NCBI GenBank assembly: GCA_965112155.1
Contig: OZ218114.1
Direction: 5' to 3' (one strand)
DNA: 64,000 nt
Source of the DNA: Podarcis liolepis
Lineage: Eukaryota
Made by a program: the position numbers and the translations under genes
The notes under the pieces: generated by a model
Told to the model about the DNA's origin: nothing
Databases searched by the model: none
What the model saw: the letters and a program-made list of their open reading frames with translations, nothing else
Part shown: piece by piece, positions 23,752 through 36,542 of the stretch
Layout of the letters: the number at the start of each line of letters is the position of its first letter
Position numbering within the stretch: position 1 is the first letter of the stretch

Positions 23752-25473
23752 GTAAGCTTTACCAGGCAGGCTGAGTGCAGGGCTCTCTACCGGGCCCTTG
23801 GACTCTCCCCCTTGCTGCTTTGCACTCTTAAGTGTTTTCTACCTCGCTGGAATGTGTCCTTGAACTCCGTATGCACAGCAACATCAAAACATCTGAAAGC
23901 AATTCAACTGATGCTTTTATGTTGATGCAGGTGCCCTGATGTTTTGTGAGAGGGCAGTATATAAATACTTTTATAAAAAAAGATAAGATTAAATAATGTT
24001 TCCTGCTTGCCTGGACGGAGGATAGAAAGGGGTGCAGGAATGAGTATAGAAACTAGTTTACAGTACTGTATAAATTTAAATTCACTACCCTGCCCTTTTT
24101 TGCCTCTGACCTGTGGTTCCCAGAATATTGCCTGGAAGGGACTGTGCGTCTCTTGGCCCAAAAAAGGTTCCCAGATTGAAAAGAAGCAAAGCGTCACCAA
24201 TGACCTGCTGCTTCTGATAAGCCCCCGTTTGCCCAGCTGCTTTGGAAAGAACTGTTCCTTCCCATGGTTAAGCTTTAACTCTCAGATGCACTGGCACAGA
24301 GGAGGGTCAAGGAGTGCAGCTCTGAGAGAGTCAGCACATTGAGAGACAGGTCTCTTATCCACCAAGTGGGTTGTGCAGCTTGATAAAACAGCTCTTCAAG
24401 GTGAAATATTTTGTCAGCTAACTATAGCATAGCTGTGCAGCCAAACTCAACTTTCAGGGTTGCCAGGATAAATAGGGTCGCTCAAGGGACACGTCTGAAG
24501 CTAAGCTTTGGCAGAATTCCTCAGGATTGACCACTGGAGGAAAAAGATGGGTGGATCTCTTACTATATGAACGGGTTTTAGGTTGCTGGCTTTGGTGAAA
24601 GCCCTCTATCAACAAGATCCAAATAAGGCTATTTGGACATGACTTTGCCCCTTCCTTCACAGCATGTAGAAGGTCCACTCTGGAAGATTTATTTGAACGT
24701 GGAATGTCCTTTACCATGAATCTTGATGGGACTGAGAGTGTGGGAGCCAAAGGGTGGGTGTGTGGAAATAGTAGTTCCCCAAATTGCCCTTATGGCGCTA
24801 TAGAGCCAAAATACCCTACACTGGTGTCAGCAAGGAAGGTTTCCACATCTGAGGGTACATCTCCCAGATATTGGAAATTCTATGAATTGCCCTGAGATCT
24901 TATGATGAAGGGCAGTATATAAATCTAATAAATAAAAATACATAAACTAAAAACAAACCCTTAGACTGAAGATGGTCAATGCAGTACTCTCCTGGTGTTG
25001 TTGGACTACAATTCCCATCCTCCTTAGTCATTGGCCATGCTGGGTTTCAGGGTCCTAACAACATCTGAAGGGCCACAGATGTCCCCCATCCTTGCTCTAA
25101 CTTGTGGCAGGATGGAAGATCTGTGTGCATACACAAATAGGCAGAGAGAGAGAAGATTCTTCTTTGCGATAGAATCCATCTCCTAACCAGGACCATGGCT
25201 CACTCTGCAAAAATTCCTTCTGATCCACTGAACTGTCGCCCTCCCTCCTTCCAGAATAGGGAGGGGAACCTGTGGCCCTCCAGATGTTCCACACCCATCA
25301 TTCCTGACCACTGACCATGTTGGCTATGGCTGTTGGGAGTCGGATTTCAGCATCATCTGGAGGGCACCAGGTTCTCCACCCTTTCCCTCCAGGGATGCCC
25401 CCCCTTTTTGCCTTCAAACATTGACTTTCCTTGTGATTCTCCATGACTGACTTTCTCTCTGATGTGCCTCTAG

Positions 25474-25622
25474 GAGAATACGCCGGTTTTGATGAGACGC
25501 AGCCAACTGCTGAGTCGGGTGGCAAAGGACAAGTCATTAGTTACCTGAAGGAGCAGTTTCAGTTTAAGAAGGTGGTGATGATTGGAGACGGAGCAACAGA
25601 TATGGAAGCCTGCCCACCTGCA
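25474..25622 (+). CDS. PSPH: PSPH coding exon 4
   Basis: EYAGFDETQPTAESGGKGQVI...MIGDGATDMEACPPA; motifs III and IV; 149 nt. Confidence 0.96.
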
Positions 25623-27368
25623 GTGAGTAGTGACTGTGGGGTGATGGCATTTGCCTTCTACCCCTTCCTCCTCTCAGCCCAGGGCTGCTTACTTGGGTTC
25701 TCCCAGCTATTCTGTGGGGTAGGTTAAGCAGAGAAAAAGGGACAGAGAGGCTGTCAAAAGAAAGACCACAGCTTAGTCATCGAGCACCAGCTTTGCATGC
25801 AGAAGGTGCTCCCAGGTTCAATCCCAAGGAATGTCTCCAGTCTGAAACCTTGGAGAGCTGCCACCAGTCTGCTCTCTAGTAGTCTGACTCAGTAAAAGGC
25901 GGCTAATGTTCCTTTGTTCAAAGGATACCCTGTGAATGATGCTGTTGGATATGGATTTGAAGCCAGGACTCCAAATTCAACAGCTTAGCCAATAGTGACT
26001 GGACCTCACTGGCTCATAGGAGTTAGCTCAGAGTTGACTTCTGTATGGTTGATTCTTTCTGGCATCAGAATGCCCAGAATTTGTGCAGATCCACAAGGTT
26101 ACCTTTCTGCAACCACAAGAAGGCCACCCAACCTAGCCCCTGCTGGGAGGCAGAATCACCCACCCCACCAGCCCTCTCTGCCCAACCAATCTACTTTGTG
26201 ATTCAAATTTCAAGCAACGTAGATGAGTCACATAGCGCAACATTGCAAGGCACCCACTCTACAGTTGCAGCCAGCCTGCCCTAAGGAACAGGATCCTGAA
26301 CTGGATGGGCCTTTGGTCTGATCTAAGCTACAGAGCTGTTCTGATGTCCTTGTGATAAGAGCTTGTACGACAACCAGTCAGACCCTAAGCCTAAGCAAAA
26401 CCAATCTGTCACATGTTCCTAAAGAAAAAGGGCACCTCTCCACTCCCCCAGCATCTGGTTGCTGGATGTGGCAACCCTAAAAGAAGCAAGGGGGGAGCAG
26501 GTAAAAAATCAGGAGCGTTAAAAAACCCCACAAAAGTCTGCATGTCTTCCATAAGAACCAGACAGACGCTTGCTCCAGGTTAATGATTTCAGCTGCCTGT
26601 TAATGATTGTTTTGGAATCTACCAGGGGAGGTGAATCAGGTCCAAATTAATAGGTCAAGGCAGGCAGCCAATGCATCAAGAACTGGCATCAAGGAGCACG
26701 ACCATGGCTGTTGCCCTGTGTTGCAAAGGCGTTTTCCAGCAAAAACCTATTCATCACATCACATGATTGATTAAAAAAAAAAGGAGGGTGATACTGTTGG
26801 CAGCAGCTTCTGATTCAGATTATGCTGAGCCAGGAAAAGGTCACTTACCAAACCCAGCCAGGTTTCTGCAAGGATTTGCAGGGAGTCTGCTTGGTTGTTA
26901 ATAAGATGAAGTAGCTGATTATTTGGTTCTCTCTGAATAGTCCAGCTGGGGCTGATGGGAGTTGTAGTACAAAAGCTCTGGAGGGCCCCAGGTTGGGGAA
27001 GGTTGGGCTAGTCCACACTCCCCCACACTCCCCACCTGCCCTTACCCATTGACGCCTAAGCAGCTGCCTGCGTCTGTTCTGCTTCCCCCAGGGTCTGACT
27101 TCATCTCATGTACTACCAGGGGATGGAGGATGCCTATCCACTCCATCTCGCATCCACTTTCATCCTTGACAAGAAATCCTAGAATAGCAGAGTTGGAAGG
27201 GACCCTGAGGGTTATCTGTTCCAATGCCCTGCAATGCAGGAATCTCAACTGAAGCATCCATGACAGATGACCATCTAACCTCTCCAATGGAGGAGAAATC
27301 CTGAAAGTCCTCTGCATTTTCTGAAATGGAGACATAACCAGCCCATCTCTTCTTTTTTGTTTCCCCAG

Positions 27369-27479
27369 GACTGTTTCATTGGCTTTGGAGGCAATGTTGT
27401 GCGGAAACAGGTCAAGGAGAAAGCCAAGTGGTACATCACCCATTTTGACGAACTGCTGAAAGAACTAGAGGAACGATAA
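27369..27479 (+). CDS. PSPH: PSPH last coding exon (protein 226 aa)
   Basis: DCFIGFGGNVVRKQVKEKAKWYITHFDELLKELEER-stop. Confidence 0.96.
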   Translation, partial: DCFIGFGGNVVRKQVKEKAKWYITHFDELLKELEER

Positions 27480-28165
27480 ATTATGAACTAGGCTTATTTT
27501 ATTAACACGTATTGTAGCTAGATGTATAACTATGCAATTAAACATATTCTTATTGTTGTTTGCAAACAGAGGCATTTGGGATTTTTAATTTCTGGCTACA
27601 CAGTGCACCTCTACTACATGTCGGGTTTTCCAATGGCAAATGGCTCTGTTCCATGCACCTTGGTAAACTCATAGCAAAGGGAAAGGAAGGGAAGGGTGGT
27701 CCGGATGTGACCAGAGGTTATCTGTGGCCTTCCGGGTGTTGCTGGACTCCAGTTGCCATCATTCCTGATCATTGGCCAAACTGGCTGCTGGAGCTGATGG
27801 GAGTCGGAGTCCAGTAATATCTGAGGGGGGCTTTCACAAATGACAGCAATGGTTTCTTTCTAAGAACAGAATGTTTGGGACCCAAATGTCCCAAGAACAA
27901 CTCCATCTTACTACTTTATTTCATAAAACATATATACCACTTGATTGTCAGAAAAGACGTCAAAGCCTAGTCTCTTAATCCAAGAAGGTTGGTTCTGTAG
28001 CTACACAATGAGAGGGAATGGAAATAAATTGGATTCTGTTTACATTTAAATTTAGAAGTACCAAATTCACACTTTCTTAAGCAATGCATGTACCAAAACA
28101 TAACCAACCTTCGAGATTTTGCAATGCAGTTTGCCAGCAAAGTAACATGTACAAAAATTCATATA

Positions 28166-28523
28166 CAGTGGTGCCTCGCAAGACGAAAATAATCCGTTCC
28201 GCGAGTCTCTTCGTCTAGCGGTTTTTTCGTCTTGCGAAGCAACCCTATTAGCGTCTTAGCGGATTAGCGCTATTAGCGGTTTAGCGGCTATTAAAGGCTT
28301 AGCGGCTATTAAAGGCTTAGCGGATTAGCGGCTAAAAGGCTATTAGCGGCTTAGCGGCTTAGAAAAAGGGGGGGAAGCGGGGGAAAATCGGAACACTCCC
28401 AAGACGTTTTTGTCTTGCGAAGCAAGCCCATAGGGAAAATCGTCTTGCGAAGCAGCTCAAAAACGGAAAACCCTTTAGCGGGTTTTCCGTCTTGCGAGGC
28501 ATTCGTCTTGCAGGGCACCACTG
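28166..28523. mobile_element. Tc1/mariner (Tigger-like) MITE with internal TTAGCGG tandem repeats
   Basis: TIR CAGTGGTGCC...GGCACCACTG with TA TSD; reverse-oriented copy at 44646-45000. Confidence 0.88.
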
Positions 28524-30489
28524 TACTAGACTAGACCAAAACAAAACATTGAAAGCAACATAAATAAAATTTGTTACATCCCCAGAGTTAAAACACAGGT
28601 TTTCAAAATGGAGCAGTTATCTAAAGCGCCTGTGTTTAGACCCCTCACAAATTCACTCCATAAGTGGTAACCTTGGATTGCTGTGCTGAGCTTCTCACCA
28701 CAAAATTTAGGTATCCCCTAGCCTGCTCCAGTAACCCCTAGGTGCTACTGCCCAAACATACCATCTCCTAGGACCGGGAGCCCTTCTTTCCCTCATCTAG
28801 CCTCCATGTTGCCCAACAACCCCTCGGTTGGGGGATGGGGGAAACACAGCGTACATTATAAGTTCCTTTCTAGGACCTCTTCTGACTTGATAAAAGGCAG
28901 CTATAGATGTTCATTCACACACATCATATTGGATGAGCCCAATGCCCATTGGTAGAGCAGGGTGGAAGAGTGCAGAAATCTAAGTTTAGAGTGATGTGTA
29001 CAGATTCCCCTACAGTCTATTCCTCAGGAAATCTGATAATTTGCTGCTGAACTTTGAAAAATAAAAAGACCTAACTTTTCTAGTGGAGAACAGCAATTTT
29101 CCAATTATGGTTTCAGGGGCTGCACCCCTCAACACAAACAAGTATTTGGCAACGATATTCTCAGAGATATCCAAATCAGTGCACTTTGGAATGGTTCATT
29201 CCACCATCTTGAATCAAAATGCCATCCAAAAGTTTCTAAGCAGAGATGAAAACCAGCTCCTCCATATCAGGAGGTGATGTGCAAGTTGGGCAGTGAAATC
29301 TCAAGAGGCGTCCAAATGCATACAGAACTAGCAGAAAGACAAACAGCTTTCCAAAACAGAGAGCAGAAGAAAAACTATTGTAATCCAATAGTGTACAATA
29401 GTGGGTTAAGCAAGTTCATAGCCCAGCCCATGAAGGGCTTGAGAGGTCACTGACTGCAAGGCACAAACTCTTGAAAAAAACCAGTTTTTTACAATCCACT
29501 CCCAAACCTTTCTTGCATTTCTACCCCTTGCTTTTCACCAACAATATTTGAGCAACAATCACACACACACAAGCAATACATATCCAGCAGCCTAAATCCT
29601 TAGGGACCAATCACATCTACAGGTCCCAGAAGAATTCCTAAAGAGAGTGGTGGCAGCAGTGACTTGGGTGGGGAGAGAGGAAACTCTCCCAGGGAACTGT
29701 CTCTTGCTGAACTCAAGGGCTCAAGGCAGAAACAATAGCCGTATTGTGCCAGAGCCAGGGAGCTCAGGACGTGCCAGGATTTCTGTTCAAGGGAATGTGA
29801 AAAGAGGCTCTCGTTCACTCTTGCTCTTTTGTTTCCACACAATCAAGTACCGCAGATGAATTTTAGCTAACGATTTCAATCAAAGCTCAACCCCAGAACC
29901 TGTTCTAAATGTTGGGGCTCAGTCCCAGAAGAAATTAAGTAGAAAAGCTAATTAAGAAAGCTGTTGCCAAGCTACCCTGCTTCACTGCCACCCTGAGCGT
30001 AGTCCTGTAGCTAATAATAATAATAACAACAACAACAATAATAATAATACTCCATCCAGCTGACTGAGTTGCCCTAGCAATTCCAGGCAGCTTCCAGCAA
30101 ATTATAAAACTTACCGTGGTTTTATTACATTTAAAAAATCACTATACAGGACTGCCTTCAGATGTCTTATAAAAGTCAGATTGTAGTTTATTTCCTTGAC
30201 ATGATGTGAGGGCGCCACTACTGAGAAGGCCCTCTGCCTGGTTCCCTGTAACCTCATTTCTCACAGTGGAACTTAGTAAGCTGCCTGACCAAATCAGGTC
30301 ATTGGATCACAGAGGTCTCCATTATCTCCATCACCAAGGAGAAGCCGCAGCCCTCCAGAGAGAACGAAAGCACCTTCCTGAAGGGTGGTCAAGACTCAAA
30401 GGTCCTTTGTGGGGAAATCGCAGGCCCCTGAGCTGAATGTGTCTGGACAGGGTGATGGACTAGCTGGAACTTTGAATCCAATTTACGAT

Positions 30490-30763
30490 AGCCATCTTCA
30501 ACTATCTAAAGGGCTGCCACATGGAAGATGAAGCAAGCTTGTTTTCCGCTGCTGCAAAAGGTAGGGTCCAAACCAATGGGTTCAAGTTGCAATAAAAAAG
30601 ATTCCAGCTAAACATCAGGAACTTTTGGACAGCAAGAGCTGTTCTACAGCAGAACAGACTCCCAAGGGTGGTAGACTGGAGGCTTTTAAGCAGAGGTTGG
30701 CTGGCCATCTGTCATGGATGCTTTAGCTAAGATTCCTGCATTGCAGGAGGTTGAACTAGATGA
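30490..30763 (+). mobile_element. CR1 LINE 3' fragment
   Basis: ATCTAAAGGGCTGCCACATGGAAG...GAACTAGATGACCCT; the tail resumes after the hAT insertion (ATTCTATGATTC ~31111). Confidence 0.7.
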
Positions 30764-30771
30764 CCCTCAGG

Positions 30772-31085
30772 CAGTGGCGTAGCGTGGGTTGCCAATGCCT
30801 GGAGCAAGGCAAATATTATGCCACCAATCCATGGTTCCTGTCAGGACTGGGTGGCAGCAGCGTTGGTTGTGGGAAAGGGTCTTCCTTGCAGGGAGAGGGA
30901 AGCTGGGGAGGGGATAGCAGTGGCAGCCATTAATTTTATTACGTGTTATTTATTTCATGAAATTGTACACCGCTTGTTAAAAAACAAACAAACCTCCAGT
31001 TGATTTTTCTTCTGAAATTTTATACCCCATCCCAATTTTGCTCCTGGGGCAACAGCCCCTCTGCCCCTTCCATGCTATGCCACTG
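30772..31085. mobile_element. hAT element related to the 13915 and 61629 MITEs
   Basis: TIR CAGTGGC(G/A)TAGC; 8-bp TSD CCCTCAGG. Confidence 0.8.
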
Positions 31086-33872
31086 CCCTCAGGATCCCAT
31101 ACAGCTCTACAATTCTATGATTCAAATCATAAGAGCTTCTAATCTCCTGATTCAGGAAGGCAATTCATATCTTCCTCTTCTGCTTGACCCTCACATCCAA
31201 TGAACATTGTGACCCCTTTGGAACCTCAAAACCAGAGGTAGCTTCAGGTCAGAGTGTGTGTTTGAGATCTAGTTAATCAGTTCCATCCAGCTTAAAACAG
31301 GGCAGTTGTTTTTTTAAAGAAAGTCCATGCACATATTTGGCGGCTGCTGTTGTTTTTGTGCCTCCTGTTGTTCTGAGAATTGTTTTGCCAAAACTCACAA
31401 TGTTGCATTTGTGAACATATCCCTACTATGCAGGGAAAACAGCATCAGTGTTTACACAAACCTGGTGGCCACTTTTCTTTATAGCCTCTAGCAACACCTC
31501 TAGGATTGCATCAGCTTTTTGTAAGCAGTATCTTACAGCTTCAGATGCATGAACAGTGCAAGGGTTGGAGATTATACATGCATAGGTATATATTAAGACA
31601 ACACTGAGCATTTATAGCACGTTCAAAGTGCTCAGTGCTTCATGTGCACTTAGTATCTTAGTAATTGTTACAATAGCCCTGCAAGATAGGCCAGTGTTGT
31701 TATCCCACCCAACATGCTGGTCAGAGAGAAGTCCCAAACCACAGTTAGTATACCATCCACTTTGTGACTGCCCCCTGTGCCCCATGCCAGCCATTTTATG
31801 ATGGTACCCACGATACTTGCTAAAAATTTCAAATAGGCCCATGGGCCCCCTAAAATTGCTGACCTTGCTCTCCTGTATGTACTCAGAAGGAACTCATACT
31901 AAATTCAGTGGGGCTTTCTCCAAGGTAAATCATAGAATCATAGAGTTGGAATAGACCACAAGGGCCATCGAGTCCAACCCCCTGCCAAGCAGGAAACACC
32001 ATCAGAGCACTCCTGACATATGGTTGTCAAGCAAATGGGGTAAGGATGCCAGCCATGGCTGCTCTTTTGCAGAGAGAAACTTAAATTTTGTGTGCATGGA
32101 CAAACACACATCCTGGTGACATATTAAGGAAGCTTATTTGTTTTCTCGGTTCATCCTCCTCATGAAGTTGCTTACAGTCCAAGATGGACAACAGAAAAAG
32201 ATGAGGGATGTGGATGAAACACTGGCAAGTACTGCTGAGATGCAGTGCCTGAAGTGACTATTGAGTTGCTGGCAAATGGAAGGTCACCCCACCAAACATT
32301 ACACATACTTAAGGATTGTTTAGGGTCGAGGATGAGAATCTAGGGTAAACCAAGACACTCGGGCCTTTGAGGAGGGTTTTGCAAGATAGGAGATGGAACC
32401 AAGTGAATTTTCACTGCGGGAGAATGGACAGTCTTCATCTACACAGCCAGCAAGGCCTCCATTGACATGCCTTTTAGGACACATATGACTCCATTTTCCC
32501 AACAGCAAATGTGCAAACAAGGCTGCAAAAGGTCTGTGAGAAATCTGTGAAGTTAGCTTATCTGAACCATCATTATATATCTGATCTGATAATGAAGCTA
32601 TTCCTCAGGAAGAGGAAGACTTGAAAGTTCACAGGGGTCACATGGGAAAATTCCACAATTGACAAATAGAACAAGCAAACACAGGACCATCAGGGTCAGT
32701 GCAAAATGTGCTTGGGACACATTTCAGAGGTGTTGCACATGGATGGGGGTTGCTTCCTCAGATGAGGCAACTCAAAGCTTTATTTGAAGGTGGAAAATTC
32801 CCAGGAAAAAATGTATTTGCAGACCTGGCTTTCAGGAAATACAAACTTCAAAGCAGTCTTTATTTTGTTGAGACAAACTGATTGGTCAGTTAGAAAAAAA
32901 ATTACAGTGAAGATCCCATTTTTGAGAAGGGCAGGGAAGAGAATAGAAAAGTTTAGGAAAATTCCTTTCATTTGCTATCTGACACTATGCAGCTGGCTGA
33001 TTAGTCAATGCCACTCCAGGCCCATCAGGAGAGTCAAATTTGGATCTGAACAAACTGGATCCATAAAGGCAAATATGGACAGTAGCATGGAACTTCAACT
33101 TCCTGTGTCTGAGCAGCAAATGAGTCTTAATTTGCACTGGAAGATTCCCACTTAACTGGAAACTTTACTGTGCAATCCTATACATGCCAACTCTGAAGAA
33201 GTAAGTTAAGAATGTAAGAAGAGCCCTGCTGGATCAGGGCAAAATTCCATGTAGTCTAGCACCCTACTCTCAGTGGCCAATGAGAAGGCTTATTTCCGCC
33301 CCCCCCCCCATAAAATTCATACTCCACATAATTGTAAAAACAACCCTAAAAGTGGTTTATAAAGATAAAACAAGGAAATCAAGGAAAATTCAGATTCATA
33401 AGCAGGGAAAGGGAAGCCTGCAAACACAATCTGAGTGAAATGGCAGCACTCTTCCTATTAGTGATACATTGGAGATAGAACACAGCCATAATGGCTAGTA
33501 ACCATTGGTAGCCTTATCCCCCATGGATTTTTCAAGTTGTCTCTTAGAGTATTATTTTTGAGGTGAGGTAACCAGAACTGTACACAGTATTTAAACTGTG
33601 GTCTCATCACAGATTTGTATGACATCATGATACTGTCTTATTTTTCTATCTCTTGGCTAATGAATTCCTAGCAACAGAATTCACCTTTTTCATAATTGCT
33701 GCACGCTCATCTGCTTAAATGGGACTTTCTTCCAGGTAAAGGTAAACAGGACTGCAGCCTTAAAATCCCAGTAGACTTTGTGGCCATGCAGGCCATCTCA
33801 GCAGAAACTCACAATTCATCATTATTGAAACAAGTCCAAAAACTCCCCAAAACATGCGAAAATCAATAGGAT

Positions 33873-33878
33873 TTTATT
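33873..33878 (-). terminator. Candidate NIPSNAP2 polyadenylation signal
   Basis: AATAAA on the minus strand about 1.07 kb after the stop codon. Confidence 0.45.
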
Positions 33879-34946
33879 GACACATTCTGCCAGAAAACTC
33901 ACTGAAATGTATAAAGTGGATGTTTCTTAGGTAATCGGACATACAGTGTATTGCACTGATTTGTTAACTAACAGAATAATTGCTTCAACATACAGGATGT
34001 TCACAATGTTACAGACACACACACACACACACACAAATCCCTCTATTTTAAAGTTTAATAAAAAATAGAGAATTGGGCATGGGAAATGAAGTGATTTGTG
34101 CCAGTCCTAAGTGATTTAATGTGCCTCATCTTGATGCATCTTTTCAGAATTACTTTCTGCAGTTATGTTAGTTAAACCACACAAATGGAGGAAATCATGA
34201 ATGCTTATTAACTAACAATAATAAAATCCTCACATTCTGTTTCACTGCATAATCCTGGAGTGCTTAACAAATGTTAATGACACTAACTCTTCTTTAGAGC
34301 TCATCCCAACGCCATTTATAACCCTTCACCAACCAGATGCCCTCCCAGCTGTTCTGGACTACAACTGCCATCAGCCTCAGCCAGCATGTGTTTACTGGGG
34401 CTGATGGGATCTGTAGTCCAAAACAGCTGCAAGTTTGCAAATACTGGCTTAGCTGATTGCTAAGTTTGGCTAGGCCAAAACAAAGGGCTGCTTTCTCTAG
34501 CAACTGTTTGTGGCACCAGAGGAAGGCCTTGTAAGCTTGACATGCCATAATGATTATGAAAGAATGGATAGGAGTGCATGTGACAAATCTCCCCATAATT
34601 AAATACTGCATCGTTCAAGGGTTTAAAGCTCGTGCAACTACCACTGAAGCTTGTGCGTTTCCAACAGGGCCTGCCAGCTCTCTGAATGCATGGCTGTGTT
34701 TGAAAAAGGCTGTTTCACAGAGAGCCAGACTAGATGGTTGAACAGTAAGACTTATGATGACTCCCAAGCCTCTCCCCAACACAATCCCAAGTGCTCCTGC
34801 AGGATCTGAAGAAATGAGGTCACATTCATAAAGCCCCAGCATACAGTACTTTTAGAAGTCAGAGTTTCCATTGTCATACACACATATCAAATTAACTAAA
34901 AGACAAATGGTTGTCAATGTAAATCTGCACCGATCAATCAGTGGCT

Positions 34947-35011
34947 TTACTGAAGGGGAGAAATCTGCAATGGTATCATAATTCTGGATTCCATTTCCTG
35001 AATAAGGGGCA
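34947..35011 (-). CDS. NIPSNAP2: NIPSNAP2 exon 10 (last; protein 290 aa)
   Basis: VPLIQEMESRIMIPLQISPLQ-stop. Confidence 0.95.
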
Positions 35012-35424
35012 CTGGAAAGGAGAAAGAAATTGTGTTAGCACTTTAAAAAAAAATGCTAATGCAAGATATTACAAATGAAACATGGGGGGATTTTGTAGCC
35101 AACAAAGCATTAGACTAGGAAGCAGGACCGGTTCTAGGATTTGGGGGACCCCAGAGAAAGGGAAGCTCAATGGGGCCATCTTAACCTAGGAGAGGAAAGA
35201 CAAGTCTCCCACATTAGCAGGTTTTTGGGTAACTGCCACTGCCACACAGGTACTAAACTGTTACAGCAAGGTGTTGATACTTTTTCAAGCAAAGGGTTCC
35301 ATTTCCAACTTGGCAATTTTCTGGAGCGCCATATGCTTATGGTGTGTGGGCCCAAAGCCAAAAGTGGGCACAGCAATGAATATAAGTTTAATCTTTGTAT
35401 AGAAGGCAACTTTCTACATATACA

Positions 35425-35678
35425 GTTGGAGAACAGCCTTTACCAAAGGTGTCATGGGCTTTGAAGACATTCGAACTCAGGACGCAAGGGAGAAATGTGC
35501 TAAGAGGAAGGCACGCTTGGCAAATCCACACCATGATCAACTCCTGCCCGGAAACCAATGTCCCCACTGTGGAAGGACGTGTGGGTCCAGAATCGGCCTC
35601 CACAGTCACTTACGGACTCATTTTAAAAACCGTTTTTATGGAAGACAATCTTACTCAGCTATGAGTGATTGCCAAAGA
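35425..35678 (+). mobile_element. 5'-truncated RTE LINE (same family as 9016-10325)
   Basis: CPHC...HLRTH zinc finger; 24-bp TSD AGAAGGCAA(C/T)TTTCTACATATACA. Confidence 0.85.
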
Positions 35679-35879
35679 AGAAGGCAATTTTCTACATATA
35701 CATGCCCCTCTTCACCCTCTATTCAGGCAATCAAGTGTCAAGACCACATTCCAGCCAGGCAAAAACACTCCAAGGTAGTAGGACTGGTGAGGTGTGTGAC
35801 TAGGAAGGAGTGTGGCCTGGGGAGAGTTTTGAGGACTGTGTTTGGTCCTTAAGCCTGAGGATCACCACCCCCGTGTTAC

Positions 35880-35963
35880 CTGTATAGTATACCAGCTCAT
35901 CCCAACCAGGCTTGTGCCATGCGGCGTTCCTGATATCTTCTCTTGTCTGGAGATCTTTGTACG
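35880..35963 (-). CDS. NIPSNAP2: NIPSNAP2 exon 9
   Basis: [28 protein letters not shown]; 84 nt. Confidence 0.95.
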
Positions 35964-36447
35964 CTGGAAGTGTTGGGGGGGGAAAAATAATTTGGAAATA
36001 TCAGTGTCTTGATGTCCATCAGCACCTTTCTCTCAAATACAGCAACATACCAGAAACAAAGCACCAGAGGGCAAACCTCCTTAAAACCCTAAACAGTTAT
36101 TTACTGCCATGGCTCTATCCACCCTGCTCTAAGGAGCCTTGGAAACTGTACTGCTATGAGGAGGCAAGGGTCATATCAGTTTCACAAAATTACTTGTCCT
36201 GTTGGAATGGAGAGCAGATTAAAAGGGAGATAGGAAGCTATCTTAATCCGAGTTAGATCAGTGGTCCACCTATGCTTAATATTTCAACACTGGGATATAA
36301 TATTGTCCAGGGTTTTAGGTAGTGGGATTTCATGTTCCCTGCCTGGAGTTGCTAGGGACTGAACCTGAGACCTTTTGCATACAAAACAGGTGCTCTGCCA
36401 CAGAGCTACAGTCCTTCCCCAGATTTCTCAGGTCCAGGATGACCTAC

Positions 36448-36542
36448 CCCAAAGGTGATGAACCATGTAAAGCTGCCCAATCTGTGAGAAAAAGCCACCA
36501 ACAGCTTCTTTGTCATCCTGCCGGAAACCAATGGCACGAGCC
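36448..36542 (-). CDS. NIPSNAP2: NIPSNAP2 exon 8
   Basis: [31 protein letters not shown]; 95 nt. Confidence 0.95.

Noticed and set aside
28245-28365. Repeat array superficially like CRISPR or a telomere
   Set aside because: Eukaryotic DNA, no unique spacers, and the array lies inside a TA-flanked MITE; the unit is TTAGCGG rather than TTAGGG.
32320-33155. ORFs between PSPH and NIPSNAP2 (e.g. 123 aa at 32784)
   Set aside because: No recognisable domain and no consistent splice structure.
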